From contig JAZDNN010000025.1 in NCBI GenBank assembly GCA_043799675.1, positions 1 to 64,000 on the forward strand: 64,000 nucleotides of DNA. The letters are read 5' to 3'. The DNA comes from Candidatus Aenigmatarchaeota archaeon. GTDB lineage: Archaea; Aenigmatarchaeota; Aenigmatarchaeia; Aenigmatarchaeales; JACQIB01. A program made the position numbers and the translations under genes. The notes beneath the pieces are model-generated. The model was not told the DNA's origin. It did no database searches and saw only the letters and a list, made by a program, of their open reading frames with translations. Positions 46,152-55,359 of the stretch are shown here, in pieces; the stretch's first letter is position 1; each line of letters starts with the position of its first letter.

Positions 46152-47276
46152 TTATTTGCCTGCTTTCTCTCTTGCCTTTCTCAGCATCTCCAGCTTCTCT
46201 TCGTCCCTCGCCGCGACGTCTATATAGAAAGGGGCCTCCACTGCCGGCCACACCGTCCCTTTGATGCCGTGCTTTTGCAGCAGCAGCCTTGCCTTTGACC
46301 TGAGTTCCTCCTCCTTTTTCTCCAGCTCCGGTACCTCGCACTGCTGGGGCACCCCCGGCCACGGCCGTACATTTGAGGGGGCGTACGTGACGTACGTGTT
46401 CCCGGCCCTCACCCTCACGGGCTCCGCTACGTCGTTTTTCGTGTCGAAAGGGTGCCTGATGGATTCCCCTATGCGGCAGGACACTTTTTTCAGCTTCTTC
46501 ACCGTCTCCTTCAGCTCAGGCGGGAGCGATCCCTCGAATGCGACCGCCCTCCTCGCCGCTTCCTTCCTCTGCGCGTCTATCAGCGCCCTCTTGTCCGTGA
46601 CGCACATTTCGCACAGTTCCCTGGCTGCTGGGTGGACCTCCATGAACAGGGTCTTGGCCTCACCGATGACGTCCCCTTCCCCCGTTTTCATCGTAAAGTA
46701 CCGCGATACTTCGGCCGGTATGGCCGTCCGCAGCAGCACGTCCGCCCTGTCGAAGCCCGCAAAGCAGCCGTTCTCGAAGCAGAGGTCCTCGTAGGCGACC
46801 ACCGCGGCCAGCTTGAGGATATCGTGTGCAAGCCCGCGCCTCATGTTGCTGTGCATGCCGGTTCCCACGGATACCTCTCTCCAGAACGCCTCGAAATCGA
46901 GGTCCATGTCGTATATCTTCCCGACCGCGCTCCGTACGGCTTTTACCACGTCGTCCCCGATGCGCGTGACGTATAGGAACAGGTCGTTCCGTATGCTGTC
47001 CTCCGAAGGGACCTCATTCATCCCCCTTTCCTCCGCTCTCTCCTCTTCCGTCTCTTCCGTGACGTAGCCCGCCATTGAGGCGCCCGCGGAAGCCGCCTCC
47101 CAGAAGTCCAGAACAGCTTTGCCTTCCTCCGAGTAGATGACGTGCCTTCCCTTTTCCACAGTCACCGTCTTCGCATCCGGTGTGCCTTCCGGTACCCTGT
47201 GGACATATTTGCTCCGTCCTTCCGCTTTGACCGTCTCCTCGTGCGGATATGCTTGCTTCTGTATCATGCCTGCCAT
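46152..47276 (-). CDS. hypothetical protein
   Basis: Long ORF with host-like codon usage. Confidence 0.65.
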   Translation of the reverse strand: MAGMIQKQAYPHEETVKAEGRSKYVHRVPEGTPDAKTVTVEKGRHVIYSEEGKAVLDFWEAASAGASMAGYVTEETEEERAEERGMNEVPSEDSIRNDLFLYVTRIGDDVVKAVRSAVGKIYDMDLDFEAFWREVSVGTGMHSNMRRGLAHDILKLAAVVAYEDLCFENGCFAGFDRADVLLRTAIPAEVSRYFTMKTGEGDVIGEAKTLFMEVHPAARELCEMCVTDKRALIDAQRKEAARRAVAFEGSLPPELKETVKKLKKVSCRIGESIRHPFDTKNDVAEPVRVRAGNTYVTYAPSNVRPWPGVPQQCEVPELEKKEEELRSKARLLLQKHGIKGTVWPAVEAPFYIDVAARDEEKLEMLRKAREKAGK

Positions 47277-47356
47277 GCATAGCAATCCGCACAAAACCTT
47301 AAGTGCTCATCATTCAATCCAGAAACCCTTATTACCTTTCCCCAGCATTTTGGTTC

Positions 47357-48013
47357 ATGCCCAAGCTTAGTGAGCAGGACATCTTTGCCGAGCTGAAGCC
47401 CTTTGCCTCTGAAAAGAACCGGGAAGGCATGGCCCGCTTCGGCATTGATTCCAAGACCGCCCTGGGTGTGCCCGTTCCGAAGCTGCGGGCGCTTGCCAAG
47501 AGGATAGGCAGGGACCATGGGCTTGCAGGAAGGTTGTGGGCAAAGGATGTCCATGAGTTGAAGCTGCTTGCCTGCTTCATGGACGAGCCGGTCAAGGTCA
47601 CAAACAGCCAGATGGACAAATGGACCGGACAGTTCTATTCCTGGGACGTCTGCGACCAGTGCTGCAGCAACCTGTGGGACAAGACCAGCTTTGCCTGGAA
47701 GAAGCCGTTCGAGTGGTCAAAGGATGAAAGGGAGTTCGTCCGCAGGGCAGGCTTTGTGATGATGGCCTGCCTGGCTGTTCATGACAAGAAGGCGGACGAC
47801 AGGCAATTCTTGAAGTTCTTTCCCCTCATCAAGAAGTATTCAGTAGACGAAAGGAATTTCGTCAGGAAGGCCGTGAACTGGGCCCTCAGGCAGATCGGCA
47901 AGCGCAGCCCATATCTAAGGAAGGAAGCCATCAAGGTCGCAGAACAGATAGGCAGTATCGACTCAAAGTCCGCAAGATGGATAGCCGCGGATGCCCTGAG
48001 GGAACTGCTTTGA
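47357..48013 (+). CDS. AlkD-family DNA alkylation repair glycosylase
   Basis: LGVPVPKLR, SWDVCD, EFVRRAG, DERNFVRKAVNWALRQIGK. Confidence 0.92.
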   Translation: MPKLSEQDIFAELKPFASEKNREGMARFGIDSKTALGVPVPKLRALAKRIGRDHGLAGRLWAKDVHELKLLACFMDEPVKVTNSQMDKWTGQFYSWDVCDQCCSNLWDKTSFAWKKPFEWSKDEREFVRRAGFVMMACLAVHDKKADDRQFLKFFPLIKKYSVDERNFVRKAVNWALRQIGKRSPYLRKEAIKVAEQIGSIDSKSARWIAADALRELL

Positions 48014-48057
48014 CGGCCGGGTGAAATCCTTTTATTCCGCCCCGTCCAATCCGTCCC

Positions 48058-48507
48058 ATGCAAAACCTCCGGCAGAAGCTTGTTCGCCGCCTTGCATTCT
48101 TCCTGCCGTTCATGGTGTTGGGGCTCCTGACGGGCATGTCCGATACCCCGTTCGCATCGTCAAGGCTCCTGTCAATCACGATGTCTTTGATTATACTGTG
48201 GCTGCTCTCCAGGCAGCTGACCGATGATTACGAGCCCGAAACTGCCGGGCCCATACATAAGGCGGTCATTTCCCTTTTGGCAGGCTTCACGCTCAGCATG
48301 TTCTGGGCGGACACCGCCTGGTTCCCCGAGGGCAGCGCGCTGCTTGCAGGCTTTCCCGTGGGCTCCCAGATGATGATAGTGGGTGCGGTCTCCCTCGGCC
48401 TGGCGCTGGCCATCTGGTATGTCTTCAGCAAGTGCATCGAGGCCTTCTTCGGAGACGTCATTGACCAGCTCAAGGCGGAATATGCAAGGAAAGGGACGAA
48501 AAGATGA
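48058..48507 (+). CDS. membrane protein
   Basis: About 4 TMs. Confidence 0.65.
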   Translation: MQNLRQKLVRRLAFFLPFMVLGLLTGMSDTPFASSRLLSITMSLIILWLLSRQLTDDYEPETAGPIHKAVISLLAGFTLSMFWADTAWFPEGSALLAGFPVGSQMMIVGAVSLGLALAIWYVFSKCIEAFFGDVIDQLKAEYARKGTKR

Positions 48508-48950
48508 GGACGCTCGTTGCCTATTACTCTAGGACGGGCAACACGCGGAAGGTCGCCGGGGAGATTGCGAAGGAGCTGAAGGCAGATTTGGACGAGATAG
48601 TCGACAAAAAATCCCGGAAGGGCCCCATCGGCTGGCTGAGGGCGGGAAGGGATGCGATGCGCGGCAGCCACACGCCGTTTGAGATAAGGAAGGACCCGAA
48701 GAATTATAATGTTGTCATTGTAGGCACGCCGGTCTGGGCGTTCACGGTCGTGCCCGCCGTCCGCGCCTACCTTGCGAAGAACAGGCCGAAGAAGGTTGCC
48801 TTTTTCTGCACCTGCGGCGGCAATCCGGGCAAGGCGTTTGTCGAGATGGAGAAGCTGGCGGGAAAGCCTGTAGCTACGCTGGTGATGGATGAGAAGAAGC
48901 TGGACGACAGGGCCAATGTTACTGCCTTTTGCAGGAAGGTCATGATATGA
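48504..48950 (+). CDS. flavodoxin
   Basis: YYSRTGNT, GTPVW, AFFCTCGG. Confidence 0.9.
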   Translation: MRTLVAYYSRTGNTRKVAGEIAKELKADLDEIVDKKSRKGPIGWLRAGRDAMRGSHTPFEIRKDPKNYNVVIVGTPVWAFTVVPAVRAYLAKNRPKKVAFFCTCGGNPGKAFVEMEKLAGKPVATLVMDEKKLDDRANVTAFCRKVMI

Positions 48951-49267
48951 AGTGGGTATGCAAGGTCTGCGGCAGGGTAATCGAAAGCAATGAAAGGCCC
49001 ATTGCCTGTCCGCTGTGCGGGGCCTGCAGCGACTACATCGTTCCCGGGAAGGACTTCAAGGGCATCCAGAAGGCAACCAAGCAAAAGACCGTTGAGAACC
49101 TGAACAGCGCCCTGTCCCTGGAAAAGAACGCCACCAGCCTTTACGAGAAGTTCGCCAAAGAAAGCAGAGAGCATGGTGACGATGACGCAGCGATGATGTT
49201 CACCGCCCTTGCCAGGATCGAGGCAGGCCACCAGATTTCAATCAAGAAGCGGCTGGGCCAGTGCTGA
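48947..49267 (+). CDS. rubredoxin plus half-ferritin (short reverse-rubrerythrin-like) protein
   Basis: WVCKVCG...CPLCGA, then ALSLE...Y...FTALARIEAGH. Confidence 0.8.
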   Translation: MKWVCKVCGRVIESNERPIACPLCGACSDYIVPGKDFKGIQKATKQKTVENLNSALSLEKNATSLYEKFAKESREHGDDDAAMMFTALARIEAGHQISIKKRLGQC

Positions 49268-49319
49268 AGAAGGCGCGTTGATACTCAGGTTTATGAGTCT
49301 TGCGGTCGAAAAAGGAGAT

Positions 49320-49580
49320 ATGGAAAAGCCCAGGGATTTGCGCGTGTATGATAAAGACGAATGTCTGATGCTTACCGAAAAGGAGAAAAGGGAGATCATG
49401 CAGATGCGTAATGATGAGTGTTTTAGGGTCACCGAATACGACAAAAAGCCGCTTGTAAAGGATGATTGTGTGAGGCTCACAGAATCGGAGAAAAAAGAGC
49501 TCATGAAGCCGCTTGCTAACGATCACTGTCTGAGCCTCACCGAAGAGGAGAAAAAAATGTTGAAACGGCGGTATCTGTAA
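49320..49580 (+). CDS. small protein with four Cys-containing repeats
   Basis: RBS aggag; repeats DECLMLTEKEK, DECFRVTEYDK, DDCVRLTESEK, DHCLSLTEEEK. Confidence 0.65.
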   Translation: MEKPRDLRVYDKDECLMLTEKEKREIMQMRNDECFRVTEYDKKPLVKDDCVRLTESEKKELMKPLANDHCLSLTEEEKKMLKRRYL

Positions 49581-49641
49581 GATTATTTGTTCTGACGTTT
49601 TCAACTGAAACCCTTATTACCCGTCTTGCCGTATACCTTTC

Positions 49642-50001
49642 ATGTCCCGCCGCAAGCAGCCGTGGTTCTATTATTTCCAGATAGCCTTCTTTTTCTCCGT
49701 GGGCTTTTTCCTCTACCTGAAGCTGGGCTTTCCCGGTGAATGGGTGGAAGGGCTTGCCATCGGCCTGATAGTGGCCGGCCTCAAGCCGAAGCTGCAGAAG
49801 ATCCTGACGCCGTTCTTCCTGCTCGCCGTCATCATAGCAGCTGTCTTCGACCCCATCCTGAAGCCCTGGCTGGACGCAGCTCTGCATACGAACACCGTCT
49901 CAGGCCTGTGGTTCTCAATATTCGCCAACGTGCCTTTCTTTTTGTTCTACCTGGGAGGGCTCAGGTGGGGGAAGAGGATGCTGGGGAAGATGAAGAAATG
50001 A
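49642..50001 (+). CDS. membrane protein (paralog of 53078-53461)
   Basis: 4 TMs; near-identical protein at 53078. Confidence 0.8.
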   Translation: MSRRKQPWFYYFQIAFFFSVGFFLYLKLGFPGEWVEGLAIGLIVAGLKPKLQKILTPFFLLAVIIAAVFDPILKPWLDAALHTNTVSGLWFSIFANVPFFLFYLGGLRWGKRMLGKMKK

Positions 50002-50075
50002 ATTGTCAAGGGTGACCACAGACCCAAGAAATGTAGTCACCCATTTCTGATAGAGTGCAGAATGTAGTCACCTAT

Positions 50076-50270
50076 TCATTCCCTTATTTTGTGCGTGCAG
50101 CCCTTCAGGAACTCTATCCCTATGAGGTTGTTATCTTTGTCATAGTCTACAATGATTTCGCAGTTCCTGAAGTCAAGGATGTGGTTCCCCTTCACCTGCC
50201 CCTTTCTGGACGGCATCAGCCTGGCATAACCCGTGCAATGCTTGTCAAATCTGATTTTTTGGTCTGTCAT
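50076..50270 (-). CDS. DUF2283-like small protein
   Basis: IIVDYDKDNNLIGIEFL. Confidence 0.7.
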   Translation of the reverse strand: MTDQKIRFDKHCTGYARLMPSRKGQVKGNHILDFRNCEIIVDYDKDNNLIGIEFLKGCTHKIRE

Positions 50271-50284
50271 CTTCAGCCCTTCCG

Positions 50285-50641
50285 TTATTTCTTCCTATAG
50301 CCGAATATCTTATCGTATTTCTTGTGGTCGCAAATTTCGAGAACATAGCATATCACTTCCACCTTGTTGCCGATAATCGTGTAAAGCAATCGCCAATATC
50401 CTGTAAGCTTTACTATCCACAGATTATTGACCGGAAGACCGGTCTTCCTTAACAATGGCTTTGAGATCTGACTACCATATGTAGGATCTTGCTTAAGCAA
50501 ATCGGCAATTCTTTGGATGGATTGAAATAATTGCTGGTTTTGTGAATTTTTGATGCCTTTCTTTTTCTCGTCATTGACTACTGCTTCCAGTCGTTTGTAT
50601 TCCTTCTCGGCCTCGCCCCGGAGTTCTACTATTATGCTCAT
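50285..50641 (-). CDS. RelE/ParE-like toxin
   Basis: DPTYG, NNLWIVKLTGYWRLLYTI, DHKKYDKIFGY; coupled to a small upstream gene. Confidence 0.7.
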   Translation of the reverse strand: MSIIVELRGEAEKEYKRLEAVVNDEKKKGIKNSQNQQLFQSIQRIADLLKQDPTYGSQISKPLLRKTGLPVNNLWIVKLTGYWRLLYTIIGNKVEVICYVLEICDHKKYDKIFGYRKK

Positions 50642-50892
50642 AATCTGATACCTGCCGTCTTTTCTATCATTTTTATGAATTTTGGATCGTTGTTTTCAAT
50701 CCAAACTATTCCTTTACTACCGATTACAATTGACCCCCTGTTCGCAAGATATGCAAGTACGAGCCTCAGTGTCTGGTCCATAATTTTCTTGGGAAGTTTT
50801 CTTTTCAACCCCTCTATGGACAGCGGTCCATCCGCCTCCTGTAGTGCCTTTTCTATCATCAGTACCGTTTTCAAGGTCGGCCAATGATACAC
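50638..50892 (-). CDS. putative wHTH antitoxin
   Basis: HWPTLKTVLMIE...LPKKIMDQTL...GIVWI; ATGA overlap with the toxin. Confidence 0.65.
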   Translation of the reverse strand: MYHWPTLKTVLMIEKALQEADGPLSIEGLKRKLPKKIMDQTLRLVLAYLANRGSIVIGSKGIVWIENNDPKFIKMIEKTAGIRL

Positions 50893-51047
50893 AACTCCAG
50901 TTATCTTTATGTTGATGTTTTTGGTTTCTTTTCAGGTTTCGTTCATACTTTCAAGCATACAATCACAAACATATATGTATATACACTTATATATAAAGTT
51001 AGTGTCCTAGTCAAAACCCTTATCAATCCCCTTCGCCATCAGCTTTC

Positions 51048-51152
51048 ATGCCCAAAGTCCCTGCCGTCAAGCCCCTGAAGCTCTCCCCCTCCTCGTTGAA
51101 CGCCTTCCGCGACTGCCCGAAGTGCTTCTGGCTGGACATGCAGCTGCGGTAG
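51048..51152 (+). repeat. displaced 5' fragment 1 of the nuclease gene at 57965 (34-aa mini-ORF)
   Basis: MPKVPAVKPLKLSPSSLNAFRDCPKCFWLDMQLR-stop. Confidence 0.9.
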
Positions 51153-51208
51153 AAGTGACAGTGAGATCATCCCGAAGCATATTTATTCCACCGATGTAAA
51201 TCGTTTTC

Positions 51209-51745
51209 ATGACACAAGCTCCGGCTGCTTCTGCCCCGGTCAAGTCCTTTGTAGGCGTGCATATGGAAAGCAGACCCTTAGTCTTCAAGAACGAGAATAG
51301 GGTTGCATTTGATTCTATGGTATTCATAGATTTGGTATTGACGGAAGCGGCCAGGCTGGAACTATTGAAACAATGGAAGAACGACCTGAAATGCACGAAG
51401 TTCTTCGTCTCAACAAAGGTCATAGACGAGACTTACGGTGTCCTGATAAACAAGTGCGGCAAGGATCCGGTTGACGCCAGGGCGGCCATAGCCAAAGTAA
51501 AGGAAACTCTGGATATGCGGGAACTGAAGTATGATAAGTCGGTTGACAATAAGCAAGGATTCGCGTTATTCAAGGAATATCAGCGGAGGTTCGGCTACGT
51601 GAATTTGGATGAGCATATCAATGACGGAAGGATAATAGCCCACCTTCGACGGGAAGGCATCAATGTCGTGTATTCAAGGGAAGAAAAGGTCAGAGAATTG
51701 GCCCGGATTGCCGGTATGGAAGCCAGAAACTTCATCTCATTTTAG
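51209..51745 (+). CDS. PIN-domain (VapC-like) nuclease
   Basis: VAFDSMVFI, KVIDE, NDGRIIA, VYSRE acidic pattern. Confidence 0.7.
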   Translation: MTQAPAASAPVKSFVGVHMESRPLVFKNENRVAFDSMVFIDLVLTEAARLELLKQWKNDLKCTKFFVSTKVIDETYGVLINKCGKDPVDARAAIAKVKETLDMRELKYDKSVDNKQGFALFKEYQRRFGYVNLDEHINDGRIIAHLRREGINVVYSREEKVRELARIAGMEARNFISF

Positions 51746-52006
51746 GTAAATCTCGTCAAAAATCTCAACGGCCTTTTCCTCGTTGTTGCCCGCCCTTTTC
51801 ATGGCTTCTTTCCATGCCTTTGCCCTTTCTTCCTTCATTGTTTCGTGTATTTTTGCCTGCGGTTTCACGTTCAGGGATGCCAGAATCTCGAATTCCATGA
51901 GTTCCCTCTCGCATTCCAGCGTCCTTTTGACTCTTTCCTCTAGGGCAGAGAACTTCGTATCGACGGTATTGACGACGGAGGGGACGGTTTGCGGGATCAT
52001 TGACAT
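51737..52006 (-). CDS. small helical protein convergent with the PIN gene
   Basis: ORF with 9-nt convergent overlap. Confidence 0.55.
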   Translation of the reverse strand: MSMIPQTVPSVVNTVDTKFSALEERVKRTLECERELMEFEILASLNVKPQAKIHETMKEERAKAWKEAMKRAGNNEEKAVEIFDEIYLK

Positions 52007-52170
52007 CGGTATACCTTAGTGCCACACCGACAAATTTAAAGTCGTCGGTTTCGCCGACGGCCATATGCAGATTCGTTGTTGTTTCAACGCATCATATAAC
52101 GCTGTTATTATTGATTTTCCAATTCATGACAGGTAAAAATCCTTATCAATCAGTTTTGTCATCTGTTTGC

Positions 52171-52281
52171 ATGCCCCCCTCAGCAGCCAAGCCCCCCAAG
52201 CCTCTGAAATTATCCCCCAGCAGCCTGAACGCTTTCCGTGATTGCCCCAAGTGCTTCTGGCTGGACATGCATTTGCGGTAG
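52171..52281 (+). repeat. displaced 5' fragment 2 of the nuclease gene at 57965 (36-aa mini-ORF)
   Basis: MPPSAAKPPKPLKLSPSSLNAFRDCPKCFWLDMHLR-stop. Confidence 0.9.
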
Positions 52282-52324
52282 AAATGAAACCCTTAGCAAC
52301 GGCCCGTCTCATGCTAAGGCGGTC

Positions 52325-53011
52325 CTATTTGAACATCATGTAGGTTATACCGACGGTTATGGCCTCGCCTACGATGAATGCGGCCAGTGCCGGAACGGAC
52401 CACATGCCCGAAGCATGTGTGCCTCTGATGCTCATGTCCGTGCATGCGCCTGTCAGGAAGCTCAAAAACGTGCCTCCGCCCAGAACATATCCCAATGCTT
52501 TCACCTCGACATCCGCATTTTTCCTCTCCCTTTCACTCCGTTCCCTTTCCATTTCAAGCTGCTGTTCTCTTATCACATCAGGACGTCTCATGTATGCTTC
52601 ATGTTCCGCGGATTGGGATTCGGACCCGTAAAACTGTTCATGAGCCATCTGCAGGCCAATTGACATGGCTTTCGGTGAGCTGTGCGATAATGCCTGTTGT
52701 ATTGCCTCCATATGCAGCTCTTGCCTGGTCTTGGGCGGCTCATGCTGCTTCTTGAGCTCCCGCAATTCTTTCATGTATGCCTGTCCTTGTTGCTCTAAAA
52801 CCGCTCTATCCGCCTGTCGATTTACTATCATCTGATAAGCGATTCTTGCACCATCATCAAGGGATTCCAGACTTGTCGTGGTCCTGCCATGCCGATTGTG
52901 TATTATAAGGTTCGTATAGCTTCCTCTACGTACCACTTCTATACGCTCGGCATCGAATATTTCATTGGCTGTAACGATAACAATCGCTCCAAACGGTAAC
53001 CAGCATCGCAA
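52325..53011 (-). CDS. hypothetical protein with two C-terminal TMs (start uncertain)
   Basis: Coiled region plus two hydrophobic segments. Confidence 0.55.
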   Translation of the reverse strand: MRCWLPFGAIVIVTANEIFDAERIEVVRRGSYTNLIIHNRHGRTTTSLESLDDGARIAYQMIVNRQADRAVLEQQGQAYMKELRELKKQHEPPKTRQELHMEAIQQALSHSSPKAMSIGLQMAHEQFYGSESQSAEHEAYMRRPDVIREQQLEMERERSERERKNADVEVKALGYVLGGGTFLSFLTGACTDMSIRGTHASGMWSVPALAAFIVGEAITVGITYMMFK

Positions 53012-53077
53012 ACCTTAAGAGCCTGACTCACCCGTGTTCGACAAAACCCTTATTACCCTCCCCTCTTAGTTTGTCTC

Positions 53078-53461
53078 ATGCCAAAGCGCAACCGTCCCTT
53101 CTGGAAGAGGGAAATCCCGCCCCGTACCTACTGGCTCTTCCAGATTGCTTTGCTCTTCTCCGTGGGCTTTTTCCTGTACCTCAGGCTGGGCTTCCCCGGC
53201 GAGTGGGTGGAAGGGCTTGCGATGGGCCTGATAGTGGCCGGCATGAAGCCCAAGTGGCAGAAAATCTTCACACCCTTCTTTTTGCTCGCCGTCATCATAG
53301 CGGCAGTCTTCGACCCGATTCTGAAGCCCTGGCTGGACCCATTGTTGCACACCAACACCGTCTCAACCTTATGGTTTTCCATCTTCGCCAACGTGCCCTT
53401 CTTTTTGTTCTATCTTGGAGGGCTGCGGTGGGGCAAGAGGATGCTGAAGAAAGCGCATTGA
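53078..53461 (+). CDS. membrane protein (paralog of 49642-50001)
   Basis: Near-identical protein with the same upstream aaacccttattacc promoter motif. Confidence 0.8.
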   Translation: MPKRNRPFWKREIPPRTYWLFQIALLFSVGFFLYLRLGFPGEWVEGLAMGLIVAGMKPKWQKIFTPFFLLAVIIAAVFDPILKPWLDPLLHTNTVSTLWFSIFANVPFFLFYLGGLRWGKRMLKKAH

Positions 53462-53553
53462 CAAAACCCTTATATCCCGCCCCGGTCAGCTTTCCTGCCC
53501 ACCTGATTTTAATAGTTTGGCACAGCATTCCTGATTGGTGAATATGATGACAG

Positions 53554-53820
53554 GTGCATTGCTTTGGGAAGGACGAGCTGAGGACGTTCCTAGAGCGATC
53601 TCTGTCTGAGCGCGAGAAGGACATTTTCTTACGTACCGCCGCATTGCAGGGAAACTCGGTGACGTCGGTCTCAAGGCTGCTTTCCGGTTATCCGCAGAGC
53701 ACCGCCAAGCTGATCCTCCGCCGCCTCAGGGGAAAGGGGCTGATAATCTATGCCGAAGGCCTGCCTCTCCGCTGCACCCCGCTGGGCAGGAAGGTCGCCG
53801 GCATTCTGGGGGCGGCATGA
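53554..53820 (+). CDS. winged-helix DNA-binding protein
   Basis: SVTSVSRLL...PQSTAKLILRRLRGKGLI...TPLGR. Confidence 0.65.
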   Translation: MHCFGKDELRTFLERSLSEREKDIFLRTAALQGNSVTSVSRLLSGYPQSTAKLILRRLRGKGLIIYAEGLPLRCTPLGRKVAGILGAA

Positions 53821-54777
53821 ATGGACATTCCGGAATACGTCAGGAGGTTCGTCGATGAGCAGGAGCTTGAGGTGGTTGAACGGTTTGGCAGCGGCAACTC
53901 CGGGGCGCTGGTCTACAGGGTGCGGACGGGCGGAAAGGATGCCGTGCTGAAGATGGCCTCGGGCGGGAGGGGGCTGGACGAGATAAGGGGGAACATTGCC
54001 GGCTATGAAAAGATCAGGGAGGCTCGCCTGGAGGAGATATTGCCGGAAGATATCAGGGTCTACGCGGACAAGGACTTCACCGCAATCCTGATGGAATACC
54101 TCGGGGACAGCTTCTACGACCGTACGCTGAAGGAGCCCGAACCTACTGGTCTTTACAGGGAACTGGCCGGTTCGTTCAGGCGGTTGTGCGAACGGACCGT
54201 GAGGAAGGACGATGAGTCCAGGCGCATGCTGGTGGAGGTGAAGGACAACCTCCGTGCAAAGTACGAGGACTTCCTTCTCGGTGAGGGATACATAGGAAAA
54301 CAGGATGTCGGGCTGCTGGATTCCGTGGACACTGATGCCCTTTCCCCGGATTTCAGTTCGTTCGGCTGCTACGATTTCACGCCCGAGGACGTGTTCCTTG
54401 TGAATGGCAGGCTGAAGTATCCTGACCCGAAGCAGGACGTGCGCGGCTGCCCTCTCATTTCGTTGGCGGCTTTTGCGGGCGTCTCGCGGGATTCGTACGG
54501 CCTGCCCGGTTCGGAGGAAGGCTACGGGGTGCTGGAGCGATTGGCTGTAGAAGACCTTCCAGAGCTCTTGCACATAAGTCAGCCCAACGCCCGCAGGCTG
54601 TTCTCGTTGGGCCGTGCCATGCAGCTGGCCATCTCGTCCAAGTACAGGATAGGGACCGACCCCGGGAAGGCAAAGCTGTTCGCCGCCGGAAGTGTTGACT
54701 GCCTGGCTCATGTTCTGGAATCACGACCCTCAACGATGGGGGCACGTCCGGTGGGAGGTGAGAAGAATGGGATCTGA
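53821..54777 (+). CDS. atypical protein-kinase-like (APH-type) phosphotransferase
   Basis: GSGNSGALVY, AVLK, ILMEYLG, YDFTPEDVFL, YPDP. Confidence 0.7.
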   Translation: MDIPEYVRRFVDEQELEVVERFGSGNSGALVYRVRTGGKDAVLKMASGGRGLDEIRGNIAGYEKIREARLEEILPEDIRVYADKDFTAILMEYLGDSFYDRTLKEPEPTGLYRELAGSFRRLCERTVRKDDESRRMLVEVKDNLRAKYEDFLLGEGYIGKQDVGLLDSVDTDALSPDFSSFGCYDFTPEDVFLVNGRLKYPDPKQDVRGCPLISLAAFAGVSRDSYGLPGSEEGYGVLERLAVEDLPELLHISQPNARRLFSLGRAMQLAISSKYRIGTDPGKAKLFAAGSVDCLAHVLESRPSTMGARPVGGEKNGI

Positions 54778-55177
54778 TGATAAGGAGCTGGCGAAGTTCG
54801 ACAGTTTCATGGGGCCGCTCGTCCTCGATGTACGGCGTGCGGAACAAAGGTCGGAAGCTGAGAAGAAGTACTGCCGCATGAGGGACGGGAGCAGCGGCTT
54901 CTGCAGGCTGTTCAAGCTGTCTCCGCGGGAATGCGACAGGGAAGTGACCGAATCAACGGACCTCGCGCAGGAGTGTTCCGCATACGGCAACCATGTGCGT
55001 TTCATAAGGAATTGCAGCGAGCGCGAGACCAGGACGGTGACCGTGAAGTCGCCCGTCTGCGGCTATGCGGACATGGAGGCGGATGTAACGTACTGCAAGT
55101 TCCAGGACAAGCCCTGCGATGACTGCGGTGTGCGTCCCAAGCATACCGACTCGTACTGCGCGATGATGAACGACTGA
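54767..55177 (+). CDS. Cys-rich hypothetical protein
   Basis: RBS ggaggtga; about 10 Cys. Confidence 0.6.
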   Translation: MGSDDKELAKFDSFMGPLVLDVRRAEQRSEAEKKYCRMRDGSSGFCRLFKLSPRECDREVTESTDLAQECSAYGNHVRFIRNCSERETRTVTVKSPVCGYADMEADVTYCKFQDKPCDDCGVRPKHTDSYCAMMND

Positions 55178-55193
55178 AGGTGTTTTCGGGAGG

Positions 55194-55221
55194 GGAAGCA
55201 GGGCCCGCTTCCCTCTTTTTT
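55194..55221 (+). terminator. hairpin plus T-tract terminator
   Basis: gggaagc...gcttccc followed by tcttttt. Confidence 0.6.
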
Positions 55222-55359
55222 ATCCCGCCGGACTTTGGTCGGGCAGGAGGATGCTGGGGAAGTGACCCTCTACCGTTAGTTTTATATACTACTAAGGCGT
55301 AATTAAGAAGTGTCCGATAGCATCGTGCGAAAGGTCAGCCGTATAATGTTCTTGGTGAA

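Noticed and set aside
50010..50078. Short direct repeat aatgtagtcacc (x2) with an inverted ggtgac
   Set aside because: It is too short to interpret; it may be a terminator or insertion scar between convergent genes.
53671..54711. Long antisense ORFs (also 28462-29352, 31184-32095, 6837-7820)
   Set aside because: These are shadow frames of GC-rich genes on the opposite strand and carry no motifs.
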